NCBI RefSeq assembly: GCF_037042905.1
Contig: NC_087250.1
Span: forward strand, 12,092,001-12,156,000
Direction: 5' to 3'
Source: Lytechinus pictus
Taxonomy: Eukaryota
DNA length: 64,000 bases
The notes beneath the pieces are model-generated. The model was not told the origin of the DNA and did not search any database. It was given only the letters and a program-made list of their open reading frames with translations. This document shows, piece by piece, positions 51,701 to 61,975 of this stretch. Numbering within the stretch: the stretch's first letter is position 1; each line of letters starts with the position of its first letter. Made by a program: the position numbers and the translations under genes.

Positions 51701-54700
51701 CATGAATTCCCGATTGTCGTACTTTCCCTCACAAAGGGCTCTGCACTGAGTATCGGCTTTCCAGTACTCCGTCAGTGCCAGTTCCATGTTTTTAATTACT
51801 TCATGCCACTTTTCATCGTGATGGGCTTGATATCCCTCTAAAAAATATTTCTACAAAGATGAAACGAAAACAATAAAACATGATTATTTCCAATTTGATA
51901 TCAATGTGATCTGATAACTACTTAGCATCCATGAGCTATATAATAAAGTGTAAAGTTCAACTGCAACTTTGAGAGTCAGGTTAATTTTCTCTTGAAATAT
52001 ATTATGAAACTATATCTTGCAGACACTTTCAAGATTGCAAAATCATCACTTTTATACAATGACAAGGCCATTGAAACAAAAAAGTTGTCAATAGCAGTCA
52101 TTTTTAATAATAAATATATATTTATTGAAATGTTCTCCCAAGAGAATGTATAAAATGGGACTGACAATTAATTTGCATATGGGCCTAAAAATATAATCAT
52201 TGTTGCATCTTAGTTTGTGACAACAGAGACATTCCATGTATACATTATGTATACACTGGCGGATCCAGGGGGGGGGGGGTACAGCCAGCCCGTGAAAATC
52301 CTGTATCCGCCCCTGCATGTATGCATAAATGAAATTATAGAATTTTTAATACTCATTAGATAATCATTTCCAGACTGGAGTAAGAAAATTTAGCATTTTT
52401 AGATAATTTTGCCAATTTGACAATCATTTTATACTTACATGGTGAGGTTTTTCTTCTAAATTGACCAACTGGCTATCGTCTATCCCATGCATATTCCTGT
52501 AATAATCCAAGTTATTCTGCATAACATCGTCATCTGAATGCCACTGAATGTAAGTATATGCTGCGGCCACAGCTTGCTCATATAGACCACTCTGAAAGGA
52601 AAAACGATAAGAGAAAATGGGTGAAAAACTAGAATGTACCGTTTCATTTCCAAACTCATGGGCCTGCATCTCATTCTCATGCATACCTTACGCCATCACA
52701 TCGCAATCTTAGAGTCCAAAGCCATTGCTCTGTCTTATATTGCACAATTTCTATAAATGTACACGTATTCAACTGCGCATTACAATAATGTTATCATTAT
52801 CATTAACCCGGCTATAGTCGTGCTGCCTACAGGCGCTATATGGCATTCAAGGAATTTCTTCCTGTCGGGTACCCTTCACCTCACCTGGGTTGAGCGCAGC
52901 ACAATGTGGGTAAATTTCGTGCTGAAAGAAAACACGCCATGGTTGGGAATCGATCCCGCGTCCCTCAGATTGAAAGATGAGAGACATAACCACTAGACCA
53001 TGATGCCCCCATGCGTTGCCTTGCATGCGTTGGTGATCAGCAGCTGGCACATCTCTGACAACTCCGTTTATGTATTTCCTATATCCTCTGAGGGAGGGCG
53101 CTATGAGATTATGATGTCACATGCTTAAGGTCTATTCTTAACTAGGGTTTCATTTAAACTCTGGTTTAACATGAAGTATGGTCAATGATCACAAATAATA
53201 GAGGCTTAATATGTTCGCAAGTTCTGGTGCTCAATTCATTCATTTGTCTGGGAATAATAACTAAATTATATTTCTTCACCATTATACCATGTACATGTAG
53301 GAGCACAAAACAAATAAAATTTTGACACTCTTTTCTTCGCATAATGCCATGCTGGCATGAAATAAACTGGAATTCAGAGAATATGGACCATAAAATTAGA
53401 TCTCATCTCCATAGAAAAATATAGGGTTTTTTCAAAATGGTATAGTTGGAGTTATAACATCTTTTGGTGTAAAATTTTTAACATTGCTACCAAAAAAGTG
53501 TAAATGTAGTATTGGTAAAAAAAATAGCTCTTCTTTCTGTTTGATATAAAGATTTTATTATCATGATCATTCTCACATAAAGATTTGATAATCATGATCA
53601 TTCTCATCTTATCTCTCTTTCTTTTAATACTCCTTCTTCCTCCTCTTCCTCCTTATATTCATCTTCCTACTCATTTGTCTATTTCTCCTTTTACTTTTTT
53701 CCCTCCACCTTCTTTTACATATCACTAATTCGCCATCCTCCTCCTCTCATTCTCAACTTTTTCTCCATCTCCCCCCCCCCCCCCCCGGCTCCTCATTTCC
53801 CTTCTATTCATGTTATCCCCTCCTTTGAACATCACCAAAATGCCATCCCCCTCTTCATCCCTAACTTCTACTTCTTCAATATTCATCTTCTTCTCCCTTT
53901 TTCTACTCCTCCTCTATCTTCTCTACATCCTCCTTATCTCCTCCTCCTTCTTTTTCTTCTCCTCCCTCTACTCCTCCTTCTACTCCTCCTTCTGCTTCCT
54001 TTTATTTCATCCTTCTTCTCCTCCTTACTTCTCCATCCTTTGCCTCCTTTCTCATCATCTCCTTTGAGCATCGCCAATATACCACCATCCTCTCCTTCAC
54101 CCCTTTTCTCCTTCTTCATCAATCTTCATCTCCTTCTTTCTCATCCTCCTCCTCAATCTTGCCTACATCCTCCTCAACCTCCTTCTTCTCCTCCTCCTCC
54201 TTCTTCTTTTTCTCCTCCTCCTTCTTCTTCTTCTTCTTCTTCTTCTTCTTCTTCTTCTTCTTCTTCTTCTTCTCCTTCTCCTTCTCCTTCTCCTCCTTCT
54301 TCTTCTTCTTCTTCTTCTTCTTCTTCTTCTTCTTCTTCTTCTTCTTCTTCTTCTTCTTCTTCTTCTTCTTCTTCTTCTTCTTCTTCTTCTTCTTCTTCTT
54401 CTTCTTCTTCTTCTTCTTCTTCTTCTTCTTCTTCTTCTTCTTCTTCTTCTTCTTCTTCTTCTTCTTCTTCTTCTTCTTCTTCTTCTTCTTCTTCTTCTTC
54501 TTCTTCTTCTTCTTCTTCTTCTTCTTCTCCTTCTTCTTCTCCTTCTGCTCCTCCTCCTCCTCCCACTCCTCCTCCTTCTTCTACTTTCTCCTCCTTCTCC
54601 TCCTCCTCCCACTCCTCCTTCTTCTTCCTCCTCCTCTTTGGTCTTCCTTTTATTTTCTTCCTCCTTCTCATGTCTTCTTCATCATACTCCTCCTTTATTA

Positions 54701-57700
54701 TCCTCTCCTTCGAACATCGCCAAAACTCAATATTCCCTACATGTATCCTCTCCTTTGCTTTATCCTGAGTATTAGTACTCCTCAACTCCAATGAACATCT
54801 GGACACCAGAATTGACACTGCAAGCCTGCACAAGAGGATCCTCTTGTGACCTTTGACCCGGAAGGTCACTGGGTGTGTGTAAATGAGTTTGTTTCACAAC
54901 CTGTCTGGCTCTCCGCCCATTTCCATCTCAAGTCTGGTGGAACGCTCTAGGGAATCAGAGATCCAATCCCCGAAACATCTACATCCGCTTCCAACTTTAG
55001 AAAATAAAACTGAAAATGCTGCACTCCAGGGGATGATAATGGTAGATGATTGGGACTACCTGTACACCCACTATGTCTTCCTCCCATTCGGTATCTAATC
55101 CTACTACATATAGTACTCATACAAGTATACAACCAGTTTGTCTGCCAACTATTAATACCATCATCACCATGACCATCACAAATTCACACTACCACCACTA
55201 TCATCATCATCATTATCATCATCATCACACTATTCACAGTCGTCATCATCTTCATCATCACCAGAAACACCAATATCTCCATAAATATCATCATCAATCA
55301 TCAGTATCACCACCACCAACATCATCATCGGTCGTCATCATCACCATCATATATATCTCCATAAATATCGTCATCATCATCATCACCATCATCATCACCA
55401 TCACCATCATCACCAGCATCATCACCACCACCACCATCATCACTGTCATCATCATCATCATCATCATTACCATCACCATCATCATCACCATCATCACCAC
55501 CACCAGCACCATCATCATCACCACCATTATCACCATCATCATTACCATCACCATCATCACCACCACCACCATCATCACTGTCATCATCATCACCATCATC
55601 ATCACCATCATCTGACACCACCATCATCATCATCATCAACACCATCATCACCATCATCATCATCACCATCACCATCATCATCATCATCATCACCATCATC
55701 AGCATCATCGTCATCATCACCATCACCACCACCACCATCATCACCACCATCATCATCACCATCATCACAACCAGCATCACCATCATCTCATCATCGTTAT
55801 CATCACCATCACCATCATCTGACACTTCCATCACCACCATCATCAACACCATCATCACCATCATCATCACCATCATCATCATCACCATCATCACCGGGCA
55901 TCATCACCATGCACCAGCACCACCACCATCATCACCATCATCATCATCATCACAACCAGCATCACCATCATCTCATCATCATCGCCATCATCACCATCAC
56001 CATCATCATCACCATCATCATCATCACAACCAGCATCACCTGATCACCATCATCATCTCATCACCACCATCATTATCACCACAAACCTAGCATAATAATA
56101 GGGAGGACAACGAGCATCCTGGAACCCGCGACACTGCCTGCGAGGAAGCCGCAGCTCGCAAATGGTCCCAATGTCAAAGTATCTTTGCCAATGTTGATGC
56201 AAAATGAAAACACGATAAATACAATAAAAAATCTTTTAAAAATATAAATCTTAACATCTTCAAGATAAAAACAACACTCATACTCACAAATACTATACTT
56301 GTCCCTACTATTATCGTTCGTTATCTAAAAACTGGCCGATGCCGAAGATTTCAGTGGATTTTGTACCCAATTCCTCCCGAGTTTTCTCTCTAAACGCACG
56401 GCGAGACCAATGCGGAAGTGACCGTGTTTTTCCACATTTTGATCATTAAATTGCTTGGGATTGGCAACTGGTAAGTCTATGAAAAATGTGGGCTAACTTC
56501 AGCGAAAGAACTTTTGATAGAGATTCTGACGTCAAAAGTACATAGGCCCCGCCCCCTCAATCCAGAAATAATGATGAAAAAACTAAAAAAAAATATGATC
56601 CCGTGCATTTTTTGAGCTGCACATTATATGGTCGTTAGAAAATCGTATTCTAGTGTTATTCCTGTTGGTTTCATGCCAATACCTATCAGGGTTTTGGATT
56701 CCCAAGCAAAAAACTAAAAATGACGTCATCCAGTGCTGTTGAATATTCACGTTTCCGACGATCTTTTCGATCACGTGGTTACGATTCCTCATGAATATTG
56801 ATGATCGGTAGCGTGGCGCGACGCTTGACTTTTACGTCTAGTCTAAAAAACAGTCCTTTTTTTGAAAATATTAAGAGAAATACAGTCGCTGCCATGTAAA
56901 GTGAGGAAAATCAATCGAATGAAAAAAAATAAAAGACTGGATATTAGTCTAAATTATTTATGAATGGAATTTTCCACAACTTGAATGGAAAGACCGCATG
57001 CGAGAGATCAAATGGCACATGTTCGACCCCAAGCCTGTCAAGAGACCCAGGGAATTCCCCTGATTGACGCAGAAATTCAAAGCTTGATCGATGGGCTTCA
57101 ACATTCTATTTGAAGAAATAAAATTCAGAGAGGATGAGAGAGCGTGAGAGAGATAGGGGGGGGGGGGAATATCTGGGATTAAATTGCTGATAATACAATG
57201 AAACTGTTATTTAAACTAAAAAGTTATTTTTATAATTTAGCTCTAAAAAAAAATAGATATAATTGTTATTTGTTTAGACCTGTTTTTATTACTTTTTCTA
57301 CTTGCCTTTATCAAAGATTTTCCACTGTTGCTTTTACTCTGCTTGACTCATTTTTTTTATTTTATTTTCTATTTTTTTTTTTTTTGGGGGGGGGGGGGGT
57401 GTAAATAGTTACCTAGAGGTATGCAAATCTTGGCGTATCCTCTGTTATAAACTTGCACCAGCTCCACCACTCCACCTGTGCAGCTTCCTCGTTGGAGTAA
57501 AATAATAAATATATGTCTTCGTTGAGACAAAAACTGCTGCATTTGATATGATAAACAAAACAATATGCCTTTAATGTCATAAAGACATTGATATCTTTGC
57601 AATACGCCACAGCAGGCATTGTTGCACGTGTTGCACTGCACCGTATCGTATTTGATTTGATGAATGAAATGAAAATAAGAACGGGTTTCATGACATGAAC

Positions 57701-59624
57701 CAAAGGGCACAGAGTAACTTGAACTTGTAAATGGGGAAATTCCACTCAAACATAAAAGAGTATTCTAAGCATAAAACTGAAATAATTGATATGTTTGATA
57801 CAGTGCTATATTGTTCTGGATGTTTATGATTTAGAGGTAAAATTAATGTTTATGATATAGAGGTAAATTATGTTTGTTTCTACTGATACTTTTACCGATG
57901 TGTTCAAGTCACCCCCATTAATAAATGAACTTTCAAACTTTAACGATGAAAACAAGACCCAACTCGTCTGGCATTTCTCATCATGGATCTCCGCAACTTA
58001 GACAGAAGAGCGCAAATTTGTTCAGTTTTTTTTAATTTTCCCGTAAAAGGAGCACTCATCACAAGTTCTATTTATTATATTAGTTTGATCAGTACATTTT
58101 CCAGGATACATAACATTAATTATTTGCATGATTCGTTTCAAGAAGTTCATTTTTTCATTTTTTTTCAAAATTTCGACGTGATAATACATTTAATCAATGG
58201 CCAAGGACCTGGATTGGAAGAAGTTACCGGCACGTGCCAAGTTTTTAAGTTTTACTAGCTCTAGGTGAGTACTAACAAAAATTGTACAGTGGGAATTGGA
58301 AGCAAGTTTCAGAACATGTTGCTGATGAAATAAAAATGAGGTATAATGAGGCTAATCAGTATTATAAATATTATGTAAAAAATAAAAGTAAACTAGATTC
58401 ATTTATTTTTAATGGCTGTTACGTTTAAAAAAGGGGGAAAAAAATATTTATAATTACTAAAAATAATATCCTAAAATTGGCAACGGCATGTCATGACTGT
58501 GGCTAAGGCCGGTCGTCTAGTACCGTATATGCAGTGCATCAGTACCGGGTGCGCTGGCCGTGGCATGTCCGTGGCTACGTTCGGAGTTCTGACGGAGAAG
58601 AAAAGATGGAAATAACTTCCACCAAAAACATGATCTAGAAGTCGGATATGTCAAATGATCATCATTTTATAGGTATGAAATATGAATCATCGTTTATTTT
58701 TAAAGTAAATCGTAAATTTCTATTTATGGGGAGAGTTTTACTTTTTAGAATGCATTTTTCGTAAATAACGTCTCGTGCACAAGCTACCACAGACTACGAG
58801 CCGGGCTGCAGCGGCAAATTTAAAATTGAATATTAATTCAAGGAGGTCGTTCGAAACTAGCTATTCATCGACCATTTTACGTGACAACTAGCTTCGGGGA
58901 ACTTACGGGGCTGAATCGGTTATCGCTGTCCGTTTCTGGTCTCACAAAGGCCATAGTTTGACACTTAATATCTTCACTTTTTGGAAACCTTTGGAACTGG
59001 GAGTTGGTATGTTTGCTTTGATTTTGTTTTCTCTTTCATGTCATTGTAAATAAAAATGTGAAGACGTTCAAATAAAAATTCTAGGATTTCAATTTGATAT
59101 CCCTAATAATAACCACCATCTTCATTGATCATTGGGAGGATGAGAGGGGGTATACTCACTTTATAATAAGCAAACTGGAGGTAGCTATACGGTGTCATGC
59201 TCAAAAACTTATCGGTCACCGCATCGTCTATCCGATCACTCCTCCCTCCGAGTTTATCCAACTTGCATCTCCGCGTGCAATCCGCCTTTTTAAAAACTGC
59301 TTCAAAAACTTTTAATTCCGAAAGCGCGTCGGTGCCCGATGACGTAATATGCGAAACATTTTGACACTTTAATCTACATTCTGTTAAACTTGCTCGATAA
59401 TAGTCAAATTCCTGGAGAGCCCTCTCGAAAAAGAATATCGTTGAGGCCCAGTCCTCGTTGGTGTAGGATTGCATACCGCTTTGGTAGAGTTCGTCATACG
59501 TGACTTCTTGCTCTAGAAACGAGTCCCCGAGATGTGCATAGAGCTGAGAATCCACCGACCGCCACAATTGACAGTTTATGAAGATGAAAGCAAACAATGA
59601 TGATATTGATCTTATCTGTGCCAT
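6530..59624 (-). CDS. P3H1: Leprecan-family prolyl 3-hydroxylase, spliced model join(59160-59624, 52439-52591, 51679-51850, 41640-41765, 40726-40949, 16647-18119, 14372-14479, 13752-13847, 13113-13263, 7859-8046, 6530-6739), 1121 aa
   Basis: All junctions are GT-AG with consistent phases (0,0,1,1,0,0,0,0,1,0); total 3366 nt = 1121 codons plus TGA. Four CxxxC motifs (CRLKC, CTRRC, CRALC, CKNQC), repeated YLQFAYYK/FLQFAYYK motifs, and catalytic HPVHADNC...NLHGV...GRRCA match the P3H1/2/3 family. The symbol is family-level only; one-to-one orthology cannot be resolved here. The exon 5 to exon 6 junction is the least certain. Confidence 0.88.
7623..7840. mobile_element. MITE (GGGGGTGTTTCACAAAGATTTAAGT...ACTTAAATCTTTGTAAAACACCCCC), ending ~20 bp from the exon 10 donor
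   Basis: Terminal inverted repeats of roughly 50 bp. Confidence 0.75.
7859..8046 (-). CDS. P3H1: P3H exon 10 with the Fe-binding HxD (DSSIRRKDLSHPVHADNCQLDHKGYCHKRLPAFVWRDWSAILYLNHDFEGGEFIFANFNNTPQ), not in the ORF track
   Basis: tctttctAG acceptor, CAG|GTAAAT donor, 188 nt; SHPVHADNC and SAILYLN.DF.GG.F.F motifs. Confidence 0.95.
8270..9035. repeat. Degenerate (CAT)n/(CAC)n microsatellite
   Basis: Seen directly. Confidence 0.95.
10370..10790. mobile_element. PIF/Harbinger-type MITE with TAA target duplication
   Basis: TAA|AGGCCACCGCA...TGCGGTGACCT|TAA with imperfect TIRs of about 45 bp. Confidence 0.75.
12222..12955. mobile_element. Cluster of short MITEs (GGGGAGCGTTTCATGAAAG...GATGAAACGCTCCCC family, plus a GGGGCCCGTTGCAGAAAGAGTTGC element at ~12704-12850)
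   Basis: Several abutting full and partial copies with inverted ends; relatives at ~257-390, ~34380-34520 and ~41836-41930. Confidence 0.75.
13113..13263 (-). CDS. P3H1: P3H exon 9 (AAGAGRIPLLYPTVYMHLAERSRQFVQRHFNLKSHLFFSYTHLVCRSAGP)
   Basis: ttttcacAG acceptor, CAG|GTATCT donor, 151 nt; L.FSYTHLVCR motif. Confidence 0.9.
13415..13728. repeat. Degenerate (CAT)n microsatellite
   Basis: Seen directly. Confidence 0.95.
13752..13847 (-). CDS. P3H1: P3H exon 8 (GEAKEGNGYKGKTSPHTKYENFEGLTVKDAVD)
   Basis: gaacAG acceptor, GAT|GTGAGT donor, 96 nt; GxGY.G.TSPHT..E.F.G.TV motif. Confidence 0.93.
14372..14479 (-). CDS. P3H1: P3H exon 7 (DLDVIMTDNQLNGSNRVVADGLAADQECGTLLQLLD), not in the ORF track
   Basis: catAG acceptor, GAT|GTAAGT donor, 108 nt; LNGS.RVV.DG motif that starts the dioxygenase domain. 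Confidence 0.93.
15445..16047. mobile_element. Kolobok-like MITE with TTAA target duplication
   Basis: TTAA|AGGTCAAGTCCACC...GACTTGTCCT|TTAA with long TIRs; close copy at 61140-61723 and a degenerate copy at ~19009-19620. Confidence 0.85.
16212..16592. repeat. Interspersed fold-back repeat built of CATTTGGTCTAAT / ATTAGACCAA sub-repeats; relatives at ~51305-51655 and ~28265-28620
   Basis: Short sub-repeats switch orientation at the centre; several copies in the window. Confidence 0.65.
16647..18119 (-). CDS. P3H1: P3H exon 6: 491-aa Asp/Glu-rich linker (FLHPDKDLDVEDE...AYFLLNDLP)
   Basis: Long pyrimidine tract plus gacAG acceptor, CCG|GTGAGT donor, 1473 nt open, phase 0/0, GC-rich against the flanking introns. 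Confidence 0.88.
19964..20282. mobile_element. MITE family A copy
   Basis: GGCCTGTATTCTGAAGTCAGG...GACTTCAGAATACGGGCC; interior similar to 1090-1397. Confidence 0.8.
20514..20909. mobile_element. MITE (AGGC....CTGCACCAGCCCGAGTTT...AAACTCGGGCTGGTGCAG....GCCT)
   Basis: 18-bp perfect inverted core within the terminal repeats. Confidence 0.7.
21127..21926. mobile_element. Two copies of a ~270 bp MITE in opposite orientation (21127-21406 and 21666-21926)
   Basis: GGGCCCCGTCTTACA ends; the interiors are reverse-complement similar. Confidence 0.7.
23168..23432. repeat. (ATTT/ATTC)n low-complexity tract
   Basis: Seen directly. Confidence 0.9.
24357..24640 (-). mobile_element. tRNA-derived SINE with (TTA)n-type tail
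   Basis: B-box GGGTTCGAATCCC on the minus strand; core shared with 52783-53009. Confidence 0.7.
26737..27176. mobile_element. MITE family B (GAGGCYGTTCTCA.TACG...AACTAGTTTACTGGAAAC)
   Basis: TIRs of about 40 bp; highly similar copy at 32384-32845 and an internally deleted copy at ~34102-34255. Confidence 0.85.
31564..31873. mobile_element. MITE (AGGCC....TTCACA.A.GGTTTTGA ends)
   Basis: Imperfect terminal inverted repeats. Confidence 0.55.
32384..32845. mobile_element. MITE family B copy with TAT flanks
   Basis: TAT|GAGGCCGTTCTCATTA...TAATGAGAACGGCCTC|TAT. Confidence 0.85.
40249..40949 (-). CDS. Exon 5 read-through (terminal) form, ending a 538-aa CRTAP/SC65-like non-catalytic isoform (...ASASATLQDH*)
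   Basis: The frame stays open for 158 codons past the internal donor with GC-rich, coding-like composition and an acidic tract, then TAG at 40251-40249. Minus-strand AATAAA hexamers lie at 39600-39605 and 39519-39524. Confidence 0.7.
40726..40949 (-). CDS. P3H1: P3H exon 5, internally spliced form (VDDVQNAVKSALSFLLLLPEDEVMLQNIAFY...FAKKNFWEEDAEE)
   Basis: ctttccatcAG acceptor (phase 1). GAG|GTAATA is the best phase-0 donor in this ORF and matches the phase-0 acceptor at 18119. Confidence 0.8.
41371..41564 (-). mobile_element. tRNA-derived SINE (same family as 61976-62177)
   Basis: Reverse complement reads GGTGCGATAGCTCAGTTGGTAGA...GGTTCGATTTCC...GCAATCAGGTAAAAAA. Confidence 0.85.
41640..41765 (-). 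CDS. P3H1: P3H exon 4 (YHYASTLYCKNQCESWLSRINSKLVDDYLASHYHFLQFAYYK)
   Basis: ccgacAG acceptor after a T-tract, G|GTAAGA donor, 126 nt, CKNQC motif. Confidence 0.93.
43774..44248. mobile_element. Harbinger-like MITE with 3-bp AAT target duplication
   Basis: AAT|AGGTGGTTTCAAACCGCCTCGA...TCGAGGCGGTCTGAAACCACCT|AAT; the TIRs match at 21 of 22 positions. Confidence 0.85.
44351..44895. repeat. Degenerate G-rich tandem repeat, about 4 units (starts ~44351, 44511, 44696, 44818)
   Basis: Recurring GCCT(T/A)GGTCA.TGGTA.GG...TTTGGAATGGATG.AG motif. Confidence 0.6.
44911..45739. mobile_element. Tc1/mariner-type non-autonomous element with TA target duplication and long TIRs
   Basis: TA|CAGTGCGTCCCA...TGGGATGCACTG|TA; inverted similarity extends more than 300 bp inward. 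Confidence 0.85.
48030..48960 (-). mobile_element. Helentron-associated (HINE/DINE-1-like) non-autonomous element with an internal ~162-bp tandem array
   Basis: Subterminal inverted repeat TCTCACCTGCAT / ATGCAGGTGAGA, terminal hairpin GTCTCACTCTGC-TAT-GCAGGTGAGAC next to a T/A run, a (GCC)n microsatellite, and units starting at 48088, 48251, 48413, 48576 and 48768. The classification is by architecture only. Confidence 0.65.
50702..51190. mobile_element. Two tandem MITE copies (GGGC.TTTCACACGT...GTGTGAAAGGGC)
   Basis: Inverted ends and shared interiors at ~50702-50893 and ~50909-51190. Confidence 0.7.
51679..51850 (-). CDS. P3H1: P3H exon 3 (KYFLEGYQAHHDEKWHEVIKNMELALTEYWKADTQCRALCEGKYDNREFMDLYEAIA), not in the ORF track
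   Basis: tctttgtAG acceptor, T|GTGAGT donor, 172 nt, CRALCEG motif. Confidence 0.93.
52439..52591 (-). CDS. P3H1: P3H exon 2 (SGLYEQAVAAAYTYIQWHSDDDVMQNNLDYYRNM...EEKPHH)
   Basis: ttttcctttcAG acceptor, CAT|GTAAGT donor, 153 nt; family motif AVAAA..T....P/S...M.QNLDYY. Confidence 0.93.
52783..53009 (-). mobile_element. Second tRNA-derived SINE family; other copies at ~24357-24640 and ~41125-41285
   Basis: Head TGGTCTAGTGG...GGGATCGATTCCC and a shared core AATGTGG.TAAATTT...GCTGAA.GAAA...GCCATGG in three copies. Confidence 0.7.
53605..54712. repeat. Polypyrimidine low-complexity tract with a near-perfect (TTC)n core at ~54221-54540
   Basis: Seen directly. Confidence 0.95.
55158..56082. repeat. 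Degenerate (CAT/CAC)n microsatellite
   Basis: Seen directly. Confidence 0.95.
59160..59624 (-). CDS. P3H1: P3H exon 1: signal peptide plus TPR-like region (MAQIRSISSLFAFIFINCQLW...YSYLQFAYYK)
   Basis: ATG at 59624, hydrophobic N-terminus, CRLKC and CTRRC motifs, donor AAA|GTGAGT; 465 nt. An alternative in-frame ATG lies at 59642. Confidence 0.93.
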
Positions 59625-59689
59625 GATGCAACCCGGTTGCATGTGGCTCCTTGAGAAAAATGGCAAGACGCAAGGTATTAGAGAGTATC

Positions 59690-59900
59690 CACAAAATAGT
59701 TAAACCATTTCTCCTCCAGCAGCGATGATGCACTTGCAACAGCGGGCTCCAGCAGTACGGCAGCAAAAGTGACACGGTGCCGAAATGAATCGACAACGAG
59801 AGCGGGAAGGTCCGAGTTACTTCCCCCGGCGCTCCGGCGCGCGCTGGCTTGAAGATGTGACTTGTCCGTTCGTCACGAAATCACCGATCAGCAGCAGTGA
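59690..59900 (-). promoter_or_regulatory. Likely 5' UTR / proximal promoter of the P3H gene
   Basis: CpG-rich, GC-rich patch directly upstream of the start codon in an otherwise AT-rich window. The transcription start cannot be placed from sequence. Confidence 0.45.
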
Positions 59901-60461
59901 AAGTTGTTGACGTAGCATGTAGCAGATGTTGGGTGTAGTCTTGTGCGCCAGTCATTCGTTTAAAATTAAGGATTACAAAGACGAAGGTGAAGATGATGCA
60001 CGCCGACGGAGGGGGGGGGGTTAAGGGGCAGCAGTCTTTGAAGTGGCTGAAGCCCTCGCATAACACAAATACATTTTTCCCCAGTAAACATATACAAATA
60101 TGTGAAAATCTTCCATCCAATTGTGATTTTGTGCATATTCAGTCCTCTATATTTTCAATCCTCCTTGTTACAGCTTCCAACCAGGGGCGGTTCCAGGATT
60201 TTCCAAGGGGGGCACATCTTCCCGAGGAAATCTGACAAGTATAAAAAAGGGTTTTCACCTAAAATTTAAGGTAATTTCGTACACGGTAGATTTTATAAGC
60301 CAAAAAAAAAATTGTTTTAAAAGTCCTCACTTTTAAAAGGGGGCACACTATAAATCTTGTCTTGGAACAGCATAATTATATTACAAATTTTGATTGTGCC
60401 TCTCAAAAGGGGGGCACGGGCCGGATGTATCCCCCCCCCCTGAATCCGCCAGTGATTCCAA

Positions 60462-60625
60462 CCACATCATTATCAGCATCATCATCACCACCACCATCAT
60501 CATCATCATGATTTTCACAACGATCAAATTCATCATCATATCACCATCATCATCATTAATTACTACAACCATTCACTATCGGCAATCATTATCATCATCA
60601 CCACCATCACCACATCATCATCATG
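60462..60625. repeat. Degenerate (CAT)n microsatellite
   Basis: Seen directly. Confidence 0.9.
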
Positions 60626-61139
60626 AAATTATAATAATCAATGGAGTACAGATGGATGGGAACCTGCGCTCACCCACTTGCATATTTTGCACCGTTCTTT
60701 TAGTCATGACTTTACTCATCTTATCTCTCCCCCACCAAGTTTCTAAAATGTTAATACTGCTCTCTTGTTTGCAGACTCTCCCGATATGTCGGTGTCCTCG
60801 AGGCTGTATTCTGTCCATCGCTCAGGGTGCAACTTGTAATATATTATAATATATTATTTTCCGAATATTATGCCAAAATCTATCACAAACTTTTTTTGTA
60901 ATTTTTGAATTTTTGTAATCAAAATGTCAAAATTTTTGCTTGCTTGATTCGCTCGCTCGCAACTTTTTATCAATTTTACGCGATATGCCACATCGAACCG
61001 CCTCAAAATTGTTGGCTCATTTCGCCTCTGGTTAACTGCATAGCATGGCCCTTGGATTTTTACCTGACTTTCTATTTTACATGCTTTATTTCGAATACAA
61101 TTGTCAGTCTTTTACATTATCATTTATCTTTTCGATTAA

Positions 61140-61723
61140 AGGTCAAGTCCACTCTAACAAAAAGTTTATTTGAATACAAAGAGAAAAATCCAACAAACAT
61201 AACGCTGAAAATTTCATCAAAATCGGATGTAAAATAAGAAAGTTATGACATTTTAAAGTTTCGCTTATTTTTCACAAAACAGTGATATGCACAACTAGGT
61301 GAGTCAGTCGATGATGTCCATCACTCACGATTTCTTTTGTTTTTTATTGTTTGAATTATACAATATTTCATTTTTTATAGATTTGACAATAAGGACCAAC
61401 TTGACTGAACCATATAGTATTAAACAAATCTAATTCCACATGTTCAGGGAGGAATTAATCGTTGTATCACTTGACAATGAGGAGAAAATTATCATATTTC
61501 ATATAATAAAATACAAAAGAAATAGTGAGTGGATGACGTCACAGTCTCCTCATTTGCATACCGGCCAGGATGTGTACATAACTGTTTTGTGAAATTAAGC
61601 GAAACTTTAGAATGTCATAACTTTCTTATTTTACACCCGATTTTGATGAAATTTTCAGTGTTATGCTTGTTGGATTTTTCTCTATTTATTCAAATCAACC
61701 TTTTTGGGGGGTGGACTTGTCCT
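61140..61723. mobile_element. Kolobok-like MITE with TTAA target duplication (same family as 15445-16047)
   Basis: TTAA|AGGTCAAGTCCAC...GTGGACTTGTCCT|TTAA; colinear similarity to 15445-16047. Confidence 0.85.
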
Positions 61724-61975
61724 TTAACACACATATTTCATTTATTTTTGTTGGATTAAGTAATTAATTTATTATTGATACATGCATGCAGAAACTTGAA
61801 AAAAAAAATATATATATAAATCCCCGACTAAGAAACAAGGGAGAACGGAAAATGTGTATATTGAAGGAAAAGATGTATATTCTATACAGGAATCAAAATC
61901 TATACTAAGAAAATAAAAATCTTTATGTCGAAAAATATACATTTTTTATCACTCGCTTGGAGCTTTTTGTCAAAA

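Noticed and set aside
53810..55894. Long ORFs encoding poly-S, poly-F, poly-R, poly-E and M/V/I/T-rich peptides
   Set aside because: They are stop-free translations of (TTC)n and (CAT)n microsatellites in several frames, with no splice or domain support.
56300..58960. CpG-containing stretch in intron 1 suspected to be a degenerate autonomous transposon or nested gene
   Set aside because: I could not find paired termini, a target duplication or a recognisable transposase or other protein motif by eye; a Dfam/Repbase and BLASTX search would be needed.
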